A DNA stretch of 64,000 bases. It comes from a virus (Duplodnaviria; Caudoviricetes). The notes under the pieces are model-generated. The model had not been told where the DNA came from and did no database searches. It saw nothing but the letters and a program-made list of their open reading frames with translations. Made by a program: the position numbers and the translations under genes. Positions 27,050 to 34,772 of this stretch are shown piece by piece. How positions within the stretch are numbered: the stretch's first letter is position 1; each line of letters opens with the position of its first letter. Where the stretch lies: positions 19,385 to 83,384 of IMG/VR virus record IMGVR_UViG_3300007177_000352; one strand, written 5' to 3'.

Positions 27050-27268
27050 TCACCATCCCCGATACAACCTAACACCGATTTTAATCGGTTTCATGCCTTT
27101 ATCCATAAAGGCCAATTCCAAATTCTGAAGCGCAACCCCAATAGCACCAACCTCGGTCACACTAGCGCCAGTTACTTTTGTCTCGTCTCCAGTGAAAGAG
27201 ATTGTTGCCAAATAGCAACAATCAGTCTTTTGTACTGAGAGAGTGGGTATCACCATTTCTTTACTCAT
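27050..27268 (-). CDS. Hypothetical protein
   Basis: 72-aa ORF with AAGAG RBS. Confidence 0.5.
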   Translation of the reverse strand: MSKEMVIPTLSVQKTDCCYLATISFTGDETKVTGASVTEVGAIGVALQNLELAFMDKGMKPIKIGVRLYRGW

Positions 27269-27317
27269 AATATTTACTCTTTTCGTTAGTTTTCAAAGTC
27301 TTTCATACCTTAGATAC

Positions 27318-27333
27318 TTCAAATTTGATGCCA
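27318..27333 (-). promoter_or_regulatory. Sigma-54-like -24/-12 element (GG-N10-GA)
   Basis: TGGCATCAAATTTGAA, 50 nt upstream of ATG 27268. Confidence 0.45.
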
Positions 27334-27386
27334 TATCAAAATATCAACTAGAATCAACTACTTGAGTCGCGTCACAAATCAAGCAA

Positions 27387-27422
27387 TAAAATGTCTATAC
27401 AAAAAATTGTATAGCGATTTTA
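27387..27422. promoter_or_regulatory. Palindromic operator/enhancer: two inverted TTGTATAG-NN-ATTTTA motifs
   Basis: TAAAAT-GT-CTATACAA-AAAA-TTGTATAG-CG-ATTTTA. Confidence 0.6.
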
Positions 27423-27474
27423 CATAAAGATTGACGATTGCCGAAAAAGTCAGTAAACACGTCACTTTTTTGGT

Positions 27475-27490
27475 TGGCAAGGATTTTGAA
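27475..27490 (+). promoter_or_regulatory. Sigma-54-like -24/-12 element (GG-N10-GA)
   Basis: TGGCAAGGATTTTGAA, 46 nt upstream of ATG 27536. Confidence 0.45.
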
Positions 27491-27535
27491 TTATATAAAA
27501 TATCAAAACGAAATATAGATAAAAGGAGACTAGTC

Positions 27536-27778
27536 ATGGCGACACAGGCTATTTTGGCAGGAAATGATATGCAATCAGGTTTATCAGATGACCTGACTTT
27601 ACTCTTAGTTAGAGTCAAGGATAAGTTAAACGGACTCTATGAGATATGGGGAGCTTTCAACGGAGGAGTAGCATCAAACTTTGGAAAATCAATACCATTT
27701 CATAGTGTGATTGATATACCACTTAATGAAGTATTTTTTTTAGAGGACATAGACAATGAACCAGAACCAATTGGGTAA
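27536..27778 (+). CDS. Hypothetical protein
   Basis: ATG 27536 with AAGGAG RBS is preferred over TTG 27431. Confidence 0.55.
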   Translation: MATQAILAGNDMQSGLSDDLTLLLVRVKDKLNGLYEIWGAFNGGVASNFGKSIPFHSVIDIPLNEVFFLEDIDNEPEPIG

Positions 27779-28082
27779 ACCAATTGCAACGGCGAAGCAA
27801 CTTTACGGTCTTTTAGACGGGGTTGCCAGGTCACTTCAGAATTGCCAACCGGAAGGTGACCCGGTGGTTGAGTCAAGTGTTAGGGCGAGAGTGGCCAGTG
27901 AGATAATCCTCTTGCTTGGTGAAGCTGGTTATCCAGTCTCGGTTACTAAGATGACTCACATGGGAAGATATTCTCAATTTAGTATTACCTATGAGGTGAA
28001 GCTGGCAACTTTGTTTAATGAGGGTGACTATGAATCGGCCATCAGGGCGATTCAAAGTATCTTGACGGAGGAGGTCAAATGA
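27756..28082 (+). CDS. Hypothetical protein
   Basis: 108-aa ORF coupled to its neighbours. Confidence 0.55.
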   Translation: MNQNQLGKPIATAKQLYGLLDGVARSLQNCQPEGDPVVESSVRARVASEIILLLGEAGYPVSVTKMTHMGRYSQFSITYEVKLATLFNEGDYESAIRAIQSILTEEVK

Positions 28083-28858
28083 CAACGATACCTCCATTAA
28101 GGTCAAGTCATGTTGACGAATTACTGAGGAGTCCCGGTCATTATTTAAATATGCTGACTTCTCCTCAAAAGGATTCAGAGGCATTGAGGTTTGGTAGGCT
28201 TTTTCACTTCTTATTATTGGAGTGCGATAATCCCGCTAAAGAGTTAGAACGGTATTGGTTTAAGCCACCTGAAGTTGACCTTAGAACCAAGGTCGGTAAA
28301 GAGTGGATTGCGCAGAAAGACCCATCTCTTAGATTGGATGAGGATGATTTTCACAATCTAAGGGGGATGTTAAAGTCAGTTGATAGTGACGAGTTTTTAA
28401 GAGGAGTGTTGCTATCACCTTATACTCAAACAGAGTTACCACTAGCATGGCAAAACAGTGAGTATGATATACCTTGCACTGGTAAGGCCGACTTGGTTTA
28501 TTATCCTCCTTTAGAGGAAAACCTAGACGGCGATTGTCTTATCATAGATTTTAAGACGACTGATGATGCAAGAAAACATAGCGTAGCATCCTCTATCAAA
28601 AGGTATCTTTATCACTGTCAAGCCGCTATGTATTGCGATGGCGTGACTCAAAAGTATCGCCTTGACAAAGAACCAAGGTACATGATTGTGGCAGTTGAGA
28701 AGCAACCGCCTTATGGGCTACAGAAGTATGAACTCTCATCTACTACGCTTGAAAAAGGACGAGAGATTTACTGGCAGGTTGCCAGTATTTATGCAACCTG
28801 CTTACGAAACAACGATTGGCCTATTTACGAAGCCAAAATTGAGGTGTTAGATATATGA
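28079..28858 (+). CDS. PD-(D/E)XK exonuclease (RecE/ExoVIII-like)
   Basis: Motifs 'AL.FG..FH..LLE', 'TE....W', 'GK.D', 'IDFKTT' and 'Y..QAA.Y'. Confidence 0.85.
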   Translation: MTTIPPLRSSHVDELLRSPGHYLNMLTSPQKDSEALRFGRLFHFLLLECDNPAKELERYWFKPPEVDLRTKVGKEWIAQKDPSLRLDEDDFHNLRGMLKSVDSDEFLRGVLLSPYTQTELPLAWQNSEYDIPCTGKADLVYYPPLEENLDGDCLIIDFKTTDDARKHSVASSIKRYLYHCQAAMYCDGVTQKYRLDKEPRYMIVAVEKQPPYGLQKYELSSTTLEKGREIYWQVASIYATCLRNNDWPIYEAKIEVLDI

Positions 28859-29667
28859 GTGACGAGACTAGACAAGAAGGCGTGATTGTAAGAAGAACGC
28901 CGACACAGACAAACTGGGATTTCAATCCCAGTATGTGGCAATTTGCAGAAATTTATTCACGGTCTGATGCCGTGGGTGATTGTTTTAAAGGCAAGCCAGA
29001 TAATGTGTACATTGTGCTTCAACACGCTACGGTATTAGGTGTGCCTCCTTTAGAGGCTATCCAGGGAATGTATGTTGTCAAGGGTAAGGTGAGTGCATAC
29101 GGTGATTTTTTACTCGCTTTGTGTATGCGACACTCCTCTTTTGAGGACATAATTGAGGAGTTTGTAGGTGAGGGTGATTCATTCACAGCAAAATGCACAG
29201 TGTGTAGAAAAGGACGTAGCCCAACCGTAAGGACTTTCTCAATACAAGATGCCAGAGATGCTGGTCTATGGAATAGGAATGCTGTCTGGAAGTCTTATTG
29301 GAAACGAATGCTACAGATGCGGGCGAGAGGGATGGCATTAAGGGATTCGTTCCCTGACGCCTTGCATGGCATGTCTGTTATAGAGGAGTACGTCGGTGTT
29401 GAAGGCTACGAGGTTAAGTTACTTGACTACCCTGTCAAGCAAATTGCTAACGCCACAGACTCCTTGAGTGATGCCGATATGGCCACCTTGATAAGTGAGG
29501 TCAACTCCTTATTAGAAAGAATACCATGGGATAGAAAGGAAAAGGTTATCCAAACGCTATCTGAAAAGGGACTGACAATTGAGACAGCCGGCGCGGGATA
29601 CCTGACAAAGATTAAAAGACGGTGCGAAGAATTGCTTGTCGAACCAGTTCCAGTGACTGAAACCTAA
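28855..29667 (+). CDS. recT: RecT-like single-strand annealing recombinase
   Basis: Motifs 'G..P.EA....YVV.GK', 'FS..DA..AGL', 'W..Y..RML..RA...A.R..FPD.L.G...EE'. ATGA coupling to the exonuclease. Confidence 0.78.
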   Translation: MSDETRQEGVIVRRTPTQTNWDFNPSMWQFAEIYSRSDAVGDCFKGKPDNVYIVLQHATVLGVPPLEAIQGMYVVKGKVSAYGDFLLALCMRHSSFEDIIEEFVGEGDSFTAKCTVCRKGRSPTVRTFSIQDARDAGLWNRNAVWKSYWKRMLQMRARGMALRDSFPDALHGMSVIEEYVGVEGYEVKLLDYPVKQIANATDSLSDADMATLISEVNSLLERIPWDRKEKVIQTLSEKGLTIETAGAGYLTKIKRRCEELLVEPVPVTET

Positions 29668-29826
29668 TTATGCCAATTTACCCTGAGACGCCGGCATACC
29701 ATTCTAAAACTCAAATATTCAGCCGCCGTGACATCGGAGGGGCGGCTTCCTATAAGTGCCTTCATTTACTAGCAACCCTCCCCTGTTTCGTTAGAGGCAC
29801 GGGAGGAATTAACTAAGAGACAACCC

Positions 29827-30174
29827 ATGAAACAGACGAGACAACTTAAACAGGTGACTATAGTAGGCTGTGATGGTAACTACCTAAAGAGTATCATAAG
29901 TCATCTTGACAGTCAAGGTTACGTGGTTAATAAGCATGTTGAAGGCCGTCATAAAAACGCACAGCATAGGTCAACTGCTATTATCCCAGCGGGAACGGAA
30001 TTGGTGATAATGTTCACTGAATATCTAAATCATAACATAAGAAACAATTTTGCAACGGAAGCTAAGAGATTAGGAATCAGGGTGCTTTACTGTAAGAATT
30101 CAGTAAGTCACCTTAGAGGTAAGTTAGGATGCCCAAAGACAGAGAGTACCAAGCAAGCTATGACCTGCGTATGA
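29827..30174 (+). CDS. DUF2325-like protein
   Basis: Motifs 'IVG', 'IP...ELVI.FT.Y.NHN' and 'AK..GI.V.Y.K.S'. Confidence 0.65.
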   Translation: MKQTRQLKQVTIVGCDGNYLKSIISHLDSQGYVVNKHVEGRHKNAQHRSTAIIPAGTELVIMFTEYLNHNIRNNFATEAKRLGIRVLYCKNSVSHLRGKLGCPKTESTKQAMTCV

Positions 30175-31127
30175 TAGAAGATGTTGGATGGCAAGCGGTG
30201 ACATCTTTCTTAGATAGATTAGCACCTAATGGAAAGTGGACTACCAGTGGAGTATATAACGCTCTTAATCCCCAGAGGGACGATAAGAAACTAGGTAGTT
30301 TTAAGGTGATAACTCACTCAAGATACTGGGGAGACTATGCAGTCGGCGTAGGTGGCAAGTCAGCGGTAGGACTTTGGTATTATTTAACCACTGGACAAAC
30401 TTTACCTACCTCTAAGAATGAGTATGCCGAGGTTGCTAAAAAGTTTGCCGCGTGGTTAGCTATACCACCATCCAATCAAGTGTGTAGTTACACTAAGCCA
30501 GGTTACAAAGTGAATACGCCGCCACCTAAGAAAGAGGTATTTAATCCCGATGTGCCTGACCACTTGTTAAGGAGGATACCCATGTATCATCATGAGTTAG
30601 GTGAACCATCTAATATATATTGGTATACCAGAAGCTATCTGGTCTATCGTTTTGAGGAGACGCCTGACCGTAAAAAGGAGTTTAGACCAGTGCATTGGTC
30701 TATGATAGAGAAGCGGTGGGTATTTGGTGACCCAGCCGGGTGTTTGTTGCCACTGTATAGAATAAACCACTTGCAACCGTCACAGAAAATCATCTTTTGC
30801 GAAGGTGAAAAGGCGGCGGACGCGGCTAGTCAATATTTTCCAACGGGATTATGTACAACCACCGCCCACGGTTCAAAGTCGCCTTATCGTTCCGATTTTG
30901 AGAAGGTCAAGGGGCATGAGGTTATCATTTTTCCTGACAATGATTTAGCTGGGTTCTTATACGCCTGTCAGGTGGCAGAATTGTGTACTAAGGCAGTTGC
31001 CAGTCATGTCAAAATTGTCTATTGGAACTGCCGAGATGTACCAGAAAAATGGGATTTGGCAGACCCATTAGAAAGCGGGTGGCCCAAGGAGAAGTTACTC
31101 CAGTCGGTCAAGGTGTTTAATTGGTAA
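30129..31127 (+). CDS. Primase-like protein (TOPRIM domain, no helicase domain)
   Basis: Motifs 'W.D.A.G.GG', 'K.FRP', 'PLY', 'CEGEKAADA', 'PDND.AG' and 'KWDLAD'. Confidence 0.8.
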   Translation: MPKDREYQASYDLRMIEDVGWQAVTSFLDRLAPNGKWTTSGVYNALNPQRDDKKLGSFKVITHSRYWGDYAVGVGGKSAVGLWYYLTTGQTLPTSKNEYAEVAKKFAAWLAIPPSNQVCSYTKPGYKVNTPPPKKEVFNPDVPDHLLRRIPMYHHELGEPSNIYWYTRSYLVYRFEETPDRKKEFRPVHWSMIEKRWVFGDPAGCLLPLYRINHLQPSQKIIFCEGEKAADAASQYFPTGLCTTTAHGSKSPYRSDFEKVKGHEVIIFPDNDLAGFLYACQVAELCTKAVASHVKIVYWNCRDVPEKWDLADPLESGWPKEKLLQSVKVFNW

Positions 31128-31142
31128 AGAGGTTATATTAGA

Positions 31143-31583
31143 ATGGACTTTATTAAACGCGAAAAAGTAGAGGTAGGAACTAAGTTGGTAGTTGAACTTG
31201 GCAGCTCAGTTGTTCTAGTGGCACGTTACAAATCACAAAAACTACTCACAACGTACGGTACCGGTGGTTTTAAAGACGAGCCGGTTTTATTGACGGTGAC
31301 TAAGTTTGGGAAGCGAGAATTTACGGCGATAGATAGGCATGAGAGTAAATACTATTTCTCCAACAAAACCGGCAAACGCAACGGATTCCATGATGAGGTT
31401 GCCTCGGTTGCCACCGAGTCACAGATTGCTGAAATTATGGCAATTATGGACTACAATCGGAAGGTTGCGACTGTTCGTTCAGTATTAGATACAGGGCCAT
31501 GCCGTGCATGGGACACCGTGATAGACGCGCTTACATCACCGTCACCTTATTACTGTCCAGATATAACCGCTGAGAGCGGCTAA
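31143..31583 (+). CDS. Hypothetical protein
   Basis: 146-aa ORF with AGAGG RBS. Confidence 0.55.
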   Translation: MDFIKREKVEVGTKLVVELGSSVVLVARYKSQKLLTTYGTGGFKDEPVLLTVTKFGKREFTAIDRHESKYYFSNKTGKRNGFHDEVASVATESQIAEIMAIMDYNRKVATVRSVLDTGPCRAWDTVIDALTSPSPYYCPDITAESG

Positions 31584-31600
31584 AGACGTGGCTTTGTAAC

Positions 31601-31643
31601 GGTTGAGAAAATTTGTGAAAAATTTTCGCAAATTTTCTCAACC
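31601..31643. repeat. Near-perfect 43-bp palindrome with downstream partial copies
   Basis: GGTTGAGAAAATTTGTGAAAAATTTTCGCAAATTTTCTCAACC. Confidence 0.85.
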
Positions 31644-31742
31644 TGTCTCAACTTTGCACAATTTGCGAAAGTTTGCTAAAATTTTTAGCAGGTTGAGAAT
31701 AATTTTCGCAAATATTGATACAGGTGAATATAGGTATATAGA

Positions 31743-32027
31743 ATGTACGGAAAGAAGATAGACTTATTACAAAAAGAGGTGGTAAAAGGACTTAGAAAGA
31801 TAGGGTGCTCAGTAGCCATACTAAGCGCAGTTGGAAAGGGAGTCCCTGATTTGTTAGTAGGCTTTAGAGGTGTGAATTTTTTGATTGAGGTCAAATCAAA
31901 AAAGACGGCGACTTTAACACCAGACCAAGTTGAGTTTTTTAGAACTTGGAATGGTCAAGTCGCCGTGATTTACTCGGTGGAGGAGGCTATCAATTTAGTT
32001 TCCTCCTCAAAAAAGGATATGTTCTAA
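31743..32027 (+). CDS. VRR-NUC / Holliday junction resolvase-like nuclease
   Basis: Motifs 'G.PDLLVG', 'IEVK' and 'LTP.Q..F...W.G'. Confidence 0.82.
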   Translation: MYGKKIDLLQKEVVKGLRKIGCSVAILSAVGKGVPDLLVGFRGVNFLIEVKSKKTATLTPDQVEFFRTWNGQVAVIYSVEEAINLVSSSKKDMF

Positions 32028-32045
32028 TTTAGAAGGTAACAACCA

Positions 32046-32282
32046 ATGAATAAACGTGCACCAAGAAGACAACATGGGAACTGGAATCAAAAAGGCGCCA
32101 CTCCCTACTCGCTCAAACAGCAACGGCGTAATGAAACTCTATCGTTAGCAGAGATAATGGAACGTAACAAAATCTCATTCAACGCGCTAAAGATTCTCGG
32201 TGGCAAAGGAGGGAACTTAGATGACCCAATTAGCATTCAAAGAAGTAAGTCTCCTAAGAACGCGGCGACGTTACAACCCTAA
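32046..32282 (+). CDS. Hypothetical basic protein
   Basis: 78-aa ORF with GAAGG RBS. Confidence 0.4.
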   Translation: MNKRAPRRQHGNWNQKGATPYSLKQQRRNETLSLAEIMERNKISFNALKILGGKGGNLDDPISIQRSKSPKNAATLQP

Positions 32283-32433
32283 GACGGGGACACGTATTAT
32301 CAAGGTATCCATTCATCTATATCAAGAGGAACTTGATACCTTGATAACAGAGGCTAAAGAAACAGGTATGAGCTTAGGTAAGCTCATTAAACAGAAATTG
32401 ATAACAGGTAATATAGCATGTCAAAAGGTGTGA
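32221..32433 (+). CDS. Ribbon-helix-helix-like small DNA-binding protein
   Basis: Beta-alpha-alpha pattern 'KVSIHLYQEELDTL...A...GMSLGKLIK'. Confidence 0.5.
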   Translation: MTQLAFKEVSLLRTRRRYNPKTGTRIIKVSIHLYQEELDTLITEAKETGMSLGKLIKQKLITGNIACQKV

Positions 32434-32963
32434 ATAAGGTCATCTTACTAGGGTATCTAGGACAAGACCCAGATGTGAAAACAAGTCAAGGCGGCATGAC
32501 GATTGCTACCTTAAACATAGCAACCAATCGTAATGTCAAGGATGGTGAAAACTGGGTTGAACAAGCAGACTGGCATCGTGTAGTTTGCTTTGATAGGGTG
32601 GCCGAGGTTTGTAGAGACTATTTAAGGAAGGGCTCCAAAGTCTATATAGAAGGCCGTCTGCAAACTCGTAAGTGGCAGGATCAACAAGGTCAAGATAGGT
32701 GGACAACGGAGGTGGTTGCTAGTGAAATGCTAATGGTAGGAGGCAAGGGGAACGGTGGTGAGAACGGTGTGAATGGCGGTAGTTATCAACCACCACCGGT
32801 ACCGCAAACTTATCAACAAATGCCACCGACTCAACCGCCGCAATATGGCAGGCCATACGAAAGGCAATCGTTACCACAGCCGGCGCAACCTCAGCAACCA
32901 ACCTATCATCAAGTTAGTCACCAAGGTCAAGGGCACAACTTTGATGATGATATTCCATTTTAA
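32418..32963 (+). CDS. ssb: Single-stranded DNA-binding protein
   Basis: 'VNKVILLG.LG.DP', 'WH.VV.F', 'KGS.VYIEG.L.TRKW', Q/P-rich linker and DDDIPF tail. Confidence 0.96.
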   Translation: MSKGVNKVILLGYLGQDPDVKTSQGGMTIATLNIATNRNVKDGENWVEQADWHRVVCFDRVAEVCRDYLRKGSKVYIEGRLQTRKWQDQQGQDRWTTEVVASEMLMVGGKGNGGENGVNGGSYQPPPVPQTYQQMPPTQPPQYGRPYERQSLPQPAQPQQPTYHQVSHQGQGHNFDDDIPF

Positions 32964-32999
32964 AGTCAAGGTCACAAACTAAAATAAACCCCAAAACGT

Positions 33000-33039
33000 C
33001 GCTTTGAACTCCTAAAGTTTACCCCAGGAGTTCAAAGCG
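33000..33039. terminator. Hairpin between convergent ssb and tail genes
   Basis: CGCTTTGAACTCCT-N12-AGGAGTTCAAAGCG. Confidence 0.7.
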
Positions 33040-33058
33040 AAGCTTTGTCTCTTGAAGA

Positions 33059-33883
33059 TTAAGTATAAACTCCTGTGTAAATAATATAGTTAAGAGAAAT
33101 ATTCGCGGGTTGAGTGCGGTTGCCGGTGCGGGGGGTACCAACTGACTTACTACCTATCTCTGCGCAAGGAGAAGTAACACCTGGGGTTGTTGTTTCTTCG
33201 CTATATCCTTGTGATGGGCTTGAATATCCATATATATGTAAATTTCCACTGGTGCTGTAAGTTAACAAGAAAGTATTGGGGTCGGAACTTTTCCAATGAG
33301 CTACTGCATAATGTGCATGTCCCTGCATCATATCATTCTCATACTCCCCCAACGTCCCCGCCAACGCCGTTCCATTCGCCGTTGTATGAGTCGCGCTAGT
33401 CCCCGCACCTTTCACGAAAATCCCGCGGGTGTCCGGTAAATTGAATGTCGTCGTCCCGTTCCCAGTTCCGTAAGTCGTGCCAATGACTGCAAACAGCGCC
33501 GCATAATCGGTACGACTTATCGCGCTACCATCGCACAAATGCCAACCGTTCGGTGCTGTTGCCCCGGCAAACATCGTTACCGCGCCAATGATAGACATTC
33601 CTGCTAATCCATCCCCTTGACTGTTAACTACTACCACATCACCGGGGTCGCCAATGTCACCGGCATCTCCTCCCGTCATCGCCACACTATTCACATATTC
33701 ATACATGCTGGCTCGTGTGGGAAATAAATTGAGGGTTGCTGTCAAGCTACTCTGTGAATAAGTAGCATTTAGACTTTCGACCTGCGTACCAATGCTTTCA
33801 AAAGCATTGACAAACGCATAATATTGTTCTGACCAGTCACTTCCTAACGTCGGTGACCGTAAATAATTGTAGTTAATTGCCAT
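33059..33883 (-). CDS. Tail fibre protein with tail-collar domain
   Basis: GAVTMFAG..AP.GW.LCDG..ISR..YA.LFAVIG..YG.G.G.TTFNLPD.RG.F. Confidence 0.88.
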   Translation of the reverse strand: MAINYNYLRSPTLGSDWSEQYYAFVNAFESIGTQVESLNATYSQSSLTATLNLFPTRASMYEYVNSVAMTGGDAGDIGDPGDVVVVNSQGDGLAGMSIIGAVTMFAGATAPNGWHLCDGSAISRTDYAALFAVIGTTYGTGNGTTTFNLPDTRGIFVKGAGTSATHTTANGTALAGTLGEYENDMMQGHAHYAVAHWKSSDPNTFLLTYSTSGNLHIYGYSSPSQGYSEETTTPGVTSPCAEIGSKSVGTPRTGNRTQPANISLNYIIYTGVYT

Positions 33884-33895
33884 ATCACTTGACCT

Positions 33896-34771
33896 TTATT
33901 TGACTTCCCTTATTGAGAGGGAAAGTGAACGTGTACATACTGTTTCCCGCGGTATTTCACTCCATTCAGTTAATACACCCATCATCGTATGATGACGGCC
34001 CACAGTAGGCTTAACCGATGGGTAAGCGGAGACTAAAATGGGATAAGTTTTTCCTGCACTGTAAATTAAATCCCACAACACCACTTCATCTGCTTCTGTT
34101 AAATGGGTAAATTTTAAATTTTGAGTACGCCACGTCGGTTTTCTTTCAGTGCGTACCCCGCCGTTCCCTGTAATCGTCTGCTGACTTTCATCAATTCGAT
34201 TCAGTGCATATCCCCATGCAATATTCGAGTCCTCTGGTGACCATGAATCACCAATTCTTAACAACCCTGCCTGATAATAATCCTCGGTCGTTCCACTCAA
34301 AATCACCTGATAACTCGCCGCGGCGACGGTATCAAAAAACTTAACCGTAAACTTAGAAACCCACCCTTCATTACTATACCCACCAAAAAAATCACCAAAG
34401 CGTTGCCCGAATCCATAGCTGATATTGTAGGCACCAAACGTCTGGTCGAATACCACTGCATTATTATAATCTAACAACTTCACTCTTACTGTTGTTCCAA
34501 ATGAAAAGTTATGATTATACAAACAGACATAATTCACCAGTCTCGTTTTGTTGAATGAACCGCTTAATGTTTGTTCTCCATTATCAAGAGAACGCCATGG
34601 GATGGAGGGTTGATTGTTTAATAGATTTGTAGCAGGTAGCGTTGCCACTTCGCTGTTATCATAACCACCAAAATATTGCCCAAACTCCTCCCCAAACCCG
34701 TGTACTCTTGAAGTAGATTGGATAGTTGTTATCCAATTATGCCAAGCTATTTTAACTGCACCGTCAACCAT
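33896..34771 (-). CDS. Minor tail (distal-tail-like) protein
   Basis: Lies in the operon downstream of the tape measure gene. Motifs 'W.P..N..WG......D.S' and 'R....F..L.E'. Confidence 0.55.
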   Translation of the reverse strand: MVDGAVKIAWHNWITTIQSTSRVHGFGEEFGQYFGGYDNSEVATLPATNLLNNQPSIPWRSLDNGEQTLSGSFNKTRLVNYVCLYNHNFSFGTTVRVKLLDYNNAVVFDQTFGAYNISYGFGQRFGDFFGGYSNEGWVSKFTVKFFDTVAAASYQVILSGTTEDYYQAGLLRIGDSWSPEDSNIAWGYALNRIDESQQTITGNGGVRTERKPTWRTQNLKFTHLTEADEVVLWDLIYSAGKTYPILVSAYPSVKPTVGRHHTMMGVLTEWSEIPRETVCTRSLSLSIREVK

Positions 34772-34772
34772 A

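Noticed and set aside
31601-31643. Hairpin telomere (telRL) of a linear plasmid prophage
   Set aside because: No protelomerase in the window and no recognisable similarity to known tel sites. Kept only as an unexplained palindrome.
33059-33883. Diversity-generating retroelement targeting the tail fibre
   Set aside because: No reverse transcriptase and no adenine-variant template repeat seen in the window.
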